Assembly (NCBI GenBank): GCA_036785375.1
Contig: JAWMAR010000058.1
Location: 7,502,001 to 7,566,000 of the forward strand
DNA: 64,000 nt
Source of the DNA: Leucoraja ocellata
Lineage: Eukaryota
Direction: 5' to 3'
In this document: piece by piece, positions 50,401 to 62,400 of the stretch
How positions within the stretch are numbered: position 1 is the stretch's first letter
Layout: the number at the start of each line of letters is the position of its first letter
Notes under the pieces: model-generated
Seen by the model: the letters and a program-made list of their open reading frames with translations, nothing else
The model's database searches: none
Told to the model about the DNA's origin: nothing
Translations under genes and position numbers: made by a program

Positions 50401-53400
50401 TACAGTGTAGCTTCCGTTAGTATTTTGTAAAAGTACAAACACTTGCTTGCTGAAACTTCTGCTATGGCTCCTTCCTGAATTCGATTTTGTCATTCTCTCT
50501 TCAGCAGTGTGATGGGCAAGTGTTGTCAGAACCTTTTGCTTCAGATTTACTTTGAGGTCCCAGAGGTTATCCGCCATGTCAACCTCCCAGAGTGTGTGCT
50601 AAGCAGTGAAGGCACCAGCAACGGAAGCACATGCAAGGTTTGAAGTTTTCATGAATAGTTTCAGACTCATTGCTACGTCAGTTGAAGTGGGTGGAACCAG
50701 TGCCATTATAGTGTCAGTCTTTTAGTGTATAGTGTTCATTTTGCCTATCTCGGCTCCTTGAAAGAAAGAAAATAAGTACATATTCATGCCTGCAGGAACA
50801 CCTATAGTCAAAGAAGTACAGCACAGGAGAAGGCCAACTAGGTCATTATGCCCGAGTCAGTATATAGAACAAACCAATTAATGTCAATATTTCTTCTCTT
50901 TCCCCATTATCCACAAATATTTGCCTCAAATACATATCCAGTTCCCTTTAGAAAGCTACAATTGAATGAACTTCTGCTACTCTTGAATGGCAGTTTAATG
51001 TAACTTGCCTAACAAAATGAGCAACAACTGCATTTGTTTATATTAGACACTTCCAAGGATACATTGCATTTTTCATATAAAATCCCGATATTTATTGCTT
51101 TTCAAATGGTGCATTTAAAAAAGGTATGGAACACACTGTGTGATACTTTCCTTTGAGCAAACTGCATCAATGGCAGGCTTCATAGGAAATATTCCATAAA
51201 TGTACCACACTTAGAATACAGTGTATTTGTGCAACTATTACAAAGTTTTGGATGTAGCACACCATGTAAGCACATTCTTCCATATGTAATATATTTAATA
51301 TTGCCTAAATGATATGATATATCCATTTGAAAGAGTCACCTTCAGGGCAAAGTGCTTATATTGAGGCATTGACTATGTCTCTTAGGCTTGGGCCATGTGT
51401 AATAGGTCACATGACTGAATATGATAATTATTACTCCCATTGAATGATGCGGACCATCAGCGCTGTTGTACCTGTGTAAATATGAAGTAAAGATTCTCTT
51501 TTGTTCAGCTCTTTCCCATCCGTTGAGGATCTAGCCATCAAGAGATGAGAATTGGAGGAGTGCTCATACCTCAGAGGTTGTAGTCAGAGGAGATTATAGA
51601 GGAAAAACAGACAAAACTATGGAAGGATCTGAAAATAGAGATAAGAATGTCCAATGCTTAATTGGGCACTGACTGCCCACAAACATAGGATGTGGCTGAT
51701 CAGGAAGTGAGGGTTAGGGGATGGACAACAGTTGTTGCCTAATCCTATGGAGAGGGTATGGGTCAAACAGACAAATGGGCCTTGCATAGATGGGCAACTT
51801 GGCCAGCGTGGCAAGTTGGGCTGATGGGTCTATTTCCGAGTTGTATAACTCTATGATTCTATGACACTAGTGGAATGTGGAAGGTCAGCTGGAAATGCAT
51901 TGAAATACACAAATCAAAATCCACCGTAGTCCTAGGTCAAGCTAACGGTGCAGATGAACAGAGGAGTGAACAGCATCGGGCAATGTTATGCCGCAGGGAA
52001 CAGGTTTTCTTGGTGATTGTGGGGATCTGTGATCAGAAGTTCTTCACCACTCTCTCTCTTTTCCAGCTGGATGCACTAGTGCATCGGTTGCTAATGTTAC
52101 TTGCAGACACCAGTGACACAAGGACATCGGAGAACCGCACTGCTGATGCCAACATGGCCTGCCGAAAGTTGGCCGTTGCACACCCGGTTTTATTGCTCAG
52201 GTATTAACGAGTTTACTTTTGAAAACATTTCATAATGATTAAATTCCTTGTTTCAAAATTTCTATGATGAACCTATTGCTCTGAATCAGTATCGCTTCAA
52301 GCCACCTACCTTCTTGTTTTTTTTTATCTACCCTACTGTAATCATTCCTTCTCAGAGCTCTCTTGGGTGGTAGAGGCTGGTTTCCCCATGTATTAGGTAA
52401 ATGGGGAGCAATACCCAGAGTGTGTGCTAAGCTGGAAATGAATAAGAGGCATGAATCAATTGTGGAATAGCAGAACCAATATTGGTTTCCCAAGTGGGTG
52501 GGTGAGGATTTTTTCTAGTTGAATGTTTTCCTAGTGAAGATGGTGGATGTATGATAGTTTACATGTTGTGAGAGTGGGTGACTGATTTCCTGGAGGAGGA
52601 GGTGCTGGGATAATGATAGTCAGATCTTGCTCCTGGCATTTATCGGTAGGGCTTTTGGTTTCTTGCTGAAAGCCAAACACATCCTTTATGTGGGTGAGAA
52701 AAGGTATCAACCAGCTGATTTTCTAATATTCCAAACCTGACCATCCACCATTGTGTTATCATCACTGCTACAATCATGTTTTAAATGAGTTTATTGATAA
52801 ATTATTTGAACAAGAAAATGCATCTTGGCATAAAAAGAGATGTAGTGAAGCGAACCGTGCTCTTTTTGTGTGTTAGATAAACTGGGAACTACAGTTGGGG
52901 AGGGGGAGAGGGGTGGAAGAGGAATAGGATAGAGCAACACATGCTAAACAATGAAGGTAAATAGAGTTGAGGTGCAGCAGTCATATTGAATGTATGATGC
53001 AAAATATATAGTTACCTCTTACACCTGTGTATCTGCACTGAGCCATTATCCTTGATGTTTTGCAGTGATTTGTTTTCATTTGCTTACTCTTCAGACATTT
53101 GCCAATGATTGCCGCCCTGTTGCATGGACGAGTCCACTTGAATTTCCAGGAGTTCCGTCAGCAGAACCATTTGACTTTCTTCCTGCATGTTCTGGGGATC
53201 TTGGAGCTACTACAGCCATATTTATTTCAGAGCGAACACCAGGGGGCAATGCAGGACTGTCTGCTCTCCTTCATTCTACTGTTGGAGGTGAGTGAGAGTC
53301 AGTCAAGAATATTGGAAGTTTCATTTCTAGGTTATTCAGAATATGGGACAATATTGGAGAACAGGAAGCTTTAGACATTAATTCAACTGGGGAAAACTTT

Positions 53401-56400
53401 GCCCTGGTAAGAAATTCTGCCATACTAACCTGACAGATGCCTGGTGCACTATTCACTAACTTGTCTGGTCTCAGATGGAGCCTGTGGTGTCAGGGGGAGA
53501 ATGAGTCTGCTAGAAACTGAGAACCTGCCCCCATCTGAATAGATCATGGTTGAAATGCGTCATAATTCCCATTTACCTGCATTGCAGTGAGGGTTTCTCC
53601 TCCTCTGCCGTCTCGGGTTTTGAGCTTCAAACCCCCAATTACTCTTGAGGTGATAACAAAATTCTGCGGTCTCTCTCCAATCCTACCATTAACAAATTTA
53701 GTTTTCTCTTGGCTATTGCCTCACAGTTCCAGAGACCCGGGTTCTAATCTGATCTCTGGTGCTGCCTGTGGGAAGTTTGCACGTTCTCTCTGTAATCACA
53801 GTTTTCTTCAACAATGCAGGTTGGTGGTTTAATTCGATAATTGCCCCTAGTGTAGATAAGTGGTTGAATCTAGGGGGAGTTGCTGGGAATGAGGGAAGAA
53901 TGAAATGGGATGAGTGTTGGATTAGTGTAAATGAGTGATTGACGGTCTGTACGGACTGAGTAAGCTGAAGGAAATCCCAGATTTTTGGGGGAAATAGTTT
54001 CAACTGATCCAGGTACCCTCTACGCCTCAATCATATCTCCCTTAAACCTCTCTGTTCCAAAGTAATCAACACAAACCCATTCCGTTCTCCTGGTAATTAT
54101 AACTCTCCAACACCCCTGTGAGCTTCCTGTGCACCCTCTCAAGTGCCATTGCATCCTTTCCTTTAGAACACTGACAAAACAAAAATTGTTAGTTTGAGAT
54201 TGGAAGTTTGAAATTGACACCACAGTTTCAACAGCTTTTTCGGTGAGAATGTACCATATTTTTCCACCTGTGTTGCGACACACTTACTCCAGGTTATTTT
54301 AAGGTTATACTACCTGTTTCTTGACTCTCTCCACTTGAGCAAATCGTGTGAAGAGAGGGGCTTTAATTGTTTTAAACACTCTTTACCCTTCTGTGCTGAA
54401 CAAGTAGGTTTCACCAGTTAAATAGTCAGAGGGCACAGGCTGTCACCATTCAGGCTATCAATCACATTACTGTAAAATGGGCATGTCCTGTGAAACAGCA
54501 CCTCAGCATGAAAACAGAACTGGTGGGGGATTAATCATGAGGTACTGCAACAGGCCTCAGCTGGAATGCAGGTTATAAAACATAATTCTATGTTTTTTAT
54601 TTAAACAGAACTATGGAAAATACTCCAGACTGCTTGCTTCCTTCATCAATAAGTTTGTGCATTTTATTCACAAGTTTATAACGTTCAATGCAACAGCAGC
54701 TGTGCCGTTCCTTCAGAAGCATTCAGATGTTCTCCAGTAAGTAGCCAATATGATGTGTTGTAGAGTAAGTGGCCCTCTTAATGAGGGTTAAGATAATTAA
54801 TGACTGTTATTTATCAAGATTACCCCCTTACCCAATCCCACAGGGGGCGGTGCGGTGGCACAGCGATAGAGTTGTTGCCTTACAGCACCAAAGAACCGGG
54901 TTCAATCCTAGCTATGGGTGCTGTCTTCAGAGTTTGTATGTTCTCCCTATAACCACGTGGGTTTTCGCCAGGTGCTCCGGTTTCCTCCCACACTCCAAAG
55001 ATGTACAGATTTGTAGGTTAATTGGCTTTGGTTAAATTGTAAATTGTCCCTGGTGTGCAAGATAGAGCTAGTGTACAGGGTGATCGCTGATCATCGCTGT
55101 AACTCTAAACTAAAACTAAAAAGAACTCGGTGCGCTGATGGGCCTGTTTCCGCACTGTTTCTCAAAAGTCTAAAAATGCACTCAGTTCTTGGATCGTAAG
55201 GTGAATCGGCTTTCAGTTAGTCACTGGTGCCTGAAGAACAATAGTTTATAATTTTATCTTGCTTTGTACCGGTAACAATTAATATATGGAATGCAGGTTC
55301 AATGTGTTGGGGCTGGTCCAAATACCTGGGAAGGGACCAGGTTGCGAGCCAGGTAAATTTAGTTTAGAGATACAGCATGGAAACAGTGCCTTCGGCCACC
55401 GGCTCTGCACTGACCAGTGATCCCCGCACATTAACACAATCCTTAATCCACAAGGAACAATTTTTACATTTACCAAGCCAATTAACCTGTGCGTCTTTGG
55501 AGTGTGGGAGGAATCCGAAGATCTCAGAAAAAACCCACGCAGATCACGGGGAGAACGTACAAATTCCATAGAGACAGCACCCGTAGTCAGGATCGAAACC
55601 GGGTCTCCGGTACTGCATTCGCTGTGAGGCAGGAACTCTACTGCTGCACCACCGTGACCGTGCGTGGCAGCTTTCCCTGGTGTAATATCCAAAGAGTTGC
55701 TGCACAGATCCAGAGGTGCAGTTTAGACATTCACAGGAGCTGAATGATGCCCACATTGGCACTCCTGAAATGATTGGTAAATGGGCAAGGGTTGTAATTT
55801 CATATAGCATTGTTCAGGATCCTGAACGCAGTCAGAATCTTTGCTTGGACTGGAAATAATTTTCTAATTTTCTCCCAACAAAACAATAATAATTAACAAC
55901 TTGCAGCAGCAGTGGCTGGTTGTGAGGCTGCTTCTCCTCTGTGTCTTGGAGGTGTGCCTACTAATATATGGTAGGCAGCATATTGCAAGATAAGGCTGCC
56001 TGAAGGAGTCTGGTTGTGGTGGACAGTATGTCATTCAATCCAGAGTGCAGGTCCTCCCCAGTTTACGTCTTACGGACATCCACATAGATTCAAGCGAATG
56101 ATTTTTGGGAGACCAGTGGGATGGATTACGGCTGCAGGCATCTTCAGCCGCGTGGGTTACGGCTGCAGGCATCTTCAGCCGGCTTTTCTGTTTGCCGTCT
56201 CTCCCCACGCCGCCCTGAGCTGCAACAATCAGGGGTTTGGGTTGAGCTGAGCTTATTCTCCTACTCACTCACTGCGTCAGTGAGGACAGTTAGCAGCCGC
56301 TCCCCCACGCCTGCTCGCTCTCCCATCTCGCCTGTTTCTGTATCTTTTCCCAAACACTATTTTGGTGTAGGTTACACAGAAAAGCTGGAGAAACTCAGCG

Positions 56401-59400
56401 GGTGCAGCAGCATCTATGGAGCGAAGGAAATAGGCAACGTTTCGGGCCGAAACCCTGTTTCGGCCCGAAACGTTGCCTATTTCCTTCGCTCCATAGATGC
56501 TGCTGCACCCGCTGAGTTTCTCCAGCTTTTCTGTGTAACCTTCGATTCTCCAGCATCTGCAGTTCCCTCTTAAACACTATTTTGGTGTATTTCTGACATG
56601 AACAGTTCAGGTTACGAGCAGTTCTCTGGAATGGAATCTTGTTGTAACCTGGGGTCTACTATCTTTTTTTATGAAATCCTACCTCTTACAAATCAATATC
56701 GGGACAAGTTGGGGTGGGGGGGGGGGGTGGGGGGGGGGGGGGGGGGGGGGGGGGGAGGGGTGGAGGTGTCAAACGCATTTAGCCCAAAAGTGTATAAATG
56801 GTCATTTGTGACACGAGAGAAACCAATGTGCCCCTTATCAAGCAAAGCTAATGGTCCTTTGAAAAATAAAGATTTGCAATTATTTGGATCATTATGTTCA
56901 TCAGGGAAGGAAATCTGCTGCTCTTAAGTTGGTTTGACCTATTAATGGCTCCATGTGGCTTAGTAAGCATTCACTTGTAACAAGAGTTACTCTATTAAAA
57001 GAGAACAAGAATAAAAGAAGCTTGACTAACCATTAGCAGCCTGAATTCAGGCAGAGCAGAGCAGTTAACCTTACCCTTGTTTACATCTGGGTCCATGTGC
57101 CTAAATTGGAAAAGCTGACTCACCGTCTAGTCAAGCAAATGCTAAACATGCACACTGAGAATGAGATGGTATCTTACAGGCAGGGTTCCAGACTCCCCCA
57201 CCACAGTACATGGAACAGTTCTGTGTCACCCGAAGGGCAGACCGTGGTAATAAAATAGTTGTACTGTGGCTACAGGAGTAGGTCAGAGGACTGGAATCCT
57301 GCGGAGTAACTAGCCTCCAAATTCCTCAAAGCCTGTTCACCATCCGCCAGGAATGTGGTGGAATACTCTCCATTTGCACAGATGAGTGCAGTTTTAATAA
57401 CACTCAAGATGCTCAACACCACACAAAATATTGAAGTCCGCTTGATAGGCATCTCATCCACAACCAATCACTCACTCCATCACTGATGCACAGTAGCAAC
57501 AGTTTGTACCATCTAATAATGTACAACGGCAATTTTACTGATTGCAAGGATTAGGGTCGCAAAAGCATGGGAACACCACCTCCTGAAAGTTGCCCTCCAA
57601 GCCACTCACCACCTGACTTGAACATATATTGTCGTTGCTTCACCGTCATTGGGTCAAAATCCTGGAACTCCCTCCCCAACAGCATTGTGGCTCTACCGAC
57701 AACTCGAGGACTTCATTGGTTAAATAAGGCAGCTCACTGCCTCTATCTCAAGGGCAATTAAATGTATCTTCAGCAGGGACCAGACCCAATGAGGGCTCAT
57801 GGCATCAGGTCATATGTGGATAAGCAAACCACCTACTGATACCACCTGCAGTCCTGCATCAACTAATGAAGTGCAGAGAATAGAGTGGGAGATGTCAGTG
57901 TCCATTATAAGCAGCTTGGGGTCACAACCATAGTCTTGGTTGCCTGAACCTTGAAATATGTGGTAGTCAGACTGGTTCTGTGGTAATGTTGAGTGAACCA
58001 TTGTGATAATTGAACCCACTGGACTTCATCCTGACCAGTCACAGAATGATTACAGCACAGAAAGAGGCCATTTGGCCTATTGAGTCTGTAGCATCTCTAA
58101 TTAGTCCCACTCCACTGCCTTCCTCCTTTAGCCGTACAAATTATTTTAAAATATCTCTGTAATTTCTGTTTGAAGATCTGTCTGACCATACCTGTATTGG
58201 TGGGAGTGATCATTGCACAGTCCTTGTGAAGACAAAATCTGCCTTCACACTATTGGGTTCCGTGGCATGACTCTTATGGTCAATGGAATAATCTTGGATC
58301 AGAAATGGGAATCCTTGAGCCATCTTTAGTCGGGAGAATTATCCATTCTCAGCTTCCTCTTGAAGCCTTCAGCATCACAGAAGCCAGTTTGTGGGCAATT
58401 TTGTTCACTCCTGTGTCAAAAAAAGTAAATAAGAGCACATGACAATGGGCAACGGGACCAAGCATCATCCTGGCTGCGGTGCTGGAAATGTAAGCTTCAT
58501 GGTAACCGTGGGGACAGTACCACAGTCACTAATCAGAGCAAACTGTAGGCCTGAGTTCCCACCATGGCAACTGGACATAGCAAATAAAACAGAAACCCTT
58601 GGAAGGTCAGGCAGCACGTACAAAAAGAAACAGCTTTAATGGTTCATCTTCATGATCCTTCCTGAGAACTGTTAGTTTTGTATGTTTTTATTTCAGATTT
58701 CCAGAATCTGCAAGGTTCTTTTGATATTCAACAGTAGATTAATAATTTTTTACGGGTATTAGATTGTTGTGAACACCCATCCAGTTTACCAGTGTCTACG
58801 AGGGAAGGAAATCTGATGTCCTTCTCTTGTTTGATCTATATCTGACTCCAGATGTATAGTAATTTGGGCATTTTTTTTAAATGGCTCTGTAATCCACTCT
58901 GTTCAGTGGAGAGTGAACAATAAATTCTGACCTTGGCAGCAACACACACACAGCCCAAAAAATTAGTAGATTATTTTTTTTAAACTGTACAAATTAGCCA
59001 AGCTATCCTAACATTAACAGTCCACCTGAAAATGTGTGTAAAATTGCACAAGTATTTAAAAAAAGAAAACAGGACAAATTTAATCCAGCTGACTACAGGT
59101 CCTCTCAGGTTATGTATGCCCAAATTATGTACAGCTCAGACATGCAATCAAATGTTCCAGAGACTGGCTGGATGAATTTACCAGCTGCTGTTGGCATCTT
59201 CTGCCATCTGGGAACTCCGTTCATTTTGCCCTTCGTTGGCCTATATTTTTACTTATTTATTTGCCAGGTAGTTGCATTTCCAATTTGTTGAACTGTTAAA
59301 TTTACAATAGTTCTCATGAATGAATCGCTGCCCCCTGGGGAAGCCCCGGACTGCCCAGTCAGTCAAGTGTCAAGTTACAGAGGGACTTGCCAACAGTGCT

Positions 59401-62400
59401 ACCAAACATTGTTTGCTCTCCGACAACTTGTTTAATGGTTTGAGTTTTGTAAAGATTATTTTCCCTGGATCTTGTCTAAATATGGACCAAAAAGCTGAAC
59501 TTTAGAGGGTAAGAATTACCTCCCTCACTGTTAACCAAGAAGCTAAAATGGAAGTGAGGAGTAGACACTCCACTGACTGGAATCACTAACAGAAAAACTG
59601 CTCTGGTTGTTGGAAGTTGATCAACTCAGCCTCAGGACTTAATGCAGCATCCTACATTCCAAACCTGCCCTTGAAAACTCTCTCTTGAAAAACATCAAGT
59701 GAATTGGCCTCCACTGCCTTTTGTGGCGGGGAATTCCACAGATTCACAACTCTGGGTGAAAATGTTCTTCCTCATCTCAGTCCTAAATGGCCTATCCCTT
59801 ATCCTTAAACTGTAACCCTTGGTTCTGGACACCCCCACATCGGGAACATTTTTCTTGCATCTAGCCTGTCCAATCCTTTAAGAATTTTATGTTTCGATAA
59901 GATCCTCTCACATCGTTCTAACTTCCAGTGAATACAAGCCCAGTCGACCCATTCTTTCATCATATGTCAGTCCCGCCATCCCGGGAATCAACTTGGTGAA
60001 CCTATGCTGCACTCCCTCAATAACAATAATGTCCTTCCCAAAATTAAGAGACCAAAATTGCACACAATACTCCAAGTGTGGTCTCACCATGTCCCTGCAC
60101 AACTGCAGTAGGACCTCCTTGCTCCAAAAATCAAATCCTCTCGCAATGACGACCAACACGCCTTTAACTTTCTTCACTGCCTGCTGTACCTGCATGCTTA
60201 CTTTCAGCATGTACAAGCACACCCAGGCCAGTTGGAAGCTCCATACCCTCCAGGACAAAGCAGCCCTTCAAGCAAAACTTTGACTGACATCCAATTTACC
60301 ACCATAAACATTCATTCCCTCTACCACAGCTTTGTCATGGCTGCAATGTGCATTGTCTGCAAAATACACTTGTTTACCATAAATACTACAACACCTGCCA
60401 AATCACAATATGTGGCACCAAATTAGTCAGGAGATGGGAATATCACCACCCATAAATTCTTCTTCCAAGTCAGTCGCCACCTTAACTTGGATCACTTCAT
60501 GGGCCACTAAGTCTAAATGTTCGACCCCCCTTCCTTCACAACACCACACTGACCGCAGTTACTCAAAAGAAGGCTGTGTCACCTTCTCCTGGGCACTTGG
60601 AGAAGAATAATAAATGATGCGCTTGCAAGTAATGCGCACATCCCACAAATAAATAAAAACCAGTAAATGTCACGGAGCAGCAAGACATTGTCATGAGTTC
60701 AGTGCCTTTCCCTTCAAACTGCTTCAAGAAATAAGAGTGAGTGCTTGATAATATCAAAATTGATCATCTTTAACGCTCGGTGAGCATTATAATTTATTGT
60801 ATGGTAAAAACATTCCCTTTATTTTGATGTGCCCCCCAGTTACTTGTCGCGGGAGTACCCGGAGATGGCCCTACTTAAATCTTTGCTGGCTGGTTTAACC
60901 CTCCCAACTCGGACTGGACTCATCGAGGAGAATGTAGAGGATGAGGATGGGGGTGAGTAGATATTCTACCAGTCAATATTCCGACCAAATTGATGTAGTC
61001 AAGCCATTGTGAATAATGCAGGAGAGGGAATTGAAGATTTTGTGATCAGATTATTTATTTTGTTTTTATCTGCTCTGCTGTTGTAAATCCAGCTTCCTTT
61101 CAAAATGCTGCACGATATCAGCATGCCTGTACTGCCTGAATACTTGCATTTATATGGGGCCTTTCATTCCCTCAAAATGTTTGGGGGAAAAAAACTTCAC
61201 AGCCAACTTGGCATTTCTTGAAACTTGGTCACTGTTTTTGGTCACTGAAAACACAACAGTTGATATGCTTTTGATAGCAGTGTAATAACAGATAACGGCC
61301 AGCTCATCCTTCCCTTTTGCACCATTTCCCTCTGCTGGGCAGCTGGAGGGTGGGTTTCAGCAAATCAGGAAAACAGTTCACTGCAATTCTAACTTTAAAA
61401 GATGTAATTATGACCTGCCAAAAAATGAAAAGATTGCATGAGTATAGAAAACACTGGGAATATTCATCTGAGAAGAAAATTAATGGTCAGGGTAATGTAC
61501 TTCTATCGGTTCAGGAGGGTCATCCATTTGAAATCTTGCTTTATTCCCCATAGTTGTTTTTGATTCATGGAGTATTTCTGGCATTTTGTACATTTATACC
61601 CACTTAAATGCTATTGACNNNNNNNNNNNNNNNNNNNNNNNNNNNNNNNNNNNNNNNNNNNNNNNNNNNNNNNNNNNNNNNNNNNNNNNNNNNNNNNNNN
61701 NNNNNNNNNNNNNNNNNNNNNNNNNNNNNNNNNNNNNNNNNNNNNNNNNNNNNNNNNNNNNNNNNNNNNNNCTGTCTGGCACTCTCTCNNNNNNNNNNNN
61801 NNNNNNNNNNNNNNNNNNNNNNNNNNNNNNNNNNNNNNNNNNNNNNNNNNNNNNNNNNNNNNNNNNNNNNNNNNNNNNNNNNNNNNNNNNNNNNNNNNNN
61901 NNNNNNNNNNNNNNNNNNNNNNNNNNNNNNNNNNNNNNNNNNNNNNNNNNNNNNNNNNNCACTCTGACTGACTCTCTGTCTGACTGTCTGTCTGTCTCTC
62001 TCTCTATCTCTGTCTCTCTCTCTGTCTCTCTCCCCCTTACACACACTCTCTCTCTGTGTCCCAACCCCCTTCTATCTCCGCTTCCTCTTTCAAAGAAGAA
62101 GAAACAACAAGCTCACTGCCATTGGTCACTTTCTCGCCCACTACACCTTTGACTTCAGCCGAAGTGGCACCGTTCCTTCAGAAAATTGCAAGGGCACGTG
62201 CTCTGGAAGGTAAGGTAGCAGAGGACTTAAACAGAGCCTCTGCCGCAAAGCAATGGGACCTGAGGTGTAGTAAACTGAACACATAAGGAATGATGGAATA
62301 GAAAGTTATGCCGAGTGTTTTATTGCTACCATTTATGGAGTAGTGTAGTAAACAAATCAACAAAGCAGTACCTTGGTGGAACACGCGAGGGATTACTGGC

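Noticed and set aside
29593-50637. Higher divergence of exons w15-w24 from human INTS1 as a sign of pseudogenisation
   Set aside because: All splice sites and phases are intact with no stops; consistent with a faster-evolving region of a functional gene.
18312-52206. GTAT-starting donors (18312, 30896, 38054, 40514, 52201) as possible U12 introns
   Set aside because: None matches the GTATCCTT consensus, so they were treated as ordinary U2 donors.
56711-56760. Poly-G tract as a functional G-quadruplex
   Set aside because: Homopolymer length is unreliable in assemblies, similar runs occur elsewhere (31973, 39488), and there is no supporting context.
61586-62152. ORFs spanning the N runs
   Set aside because: Artefacts of Ns and TC microsatellite. 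The w28-w29 phases join, so no missing exon is needed.
54705-62183. Identical 14-mer ccgttccttcagaa (PFLQK) in exons w27 and w29
   Set aside because: Several 14-nt matches are expected by chance in 64 kb, and the similarity does not extend.
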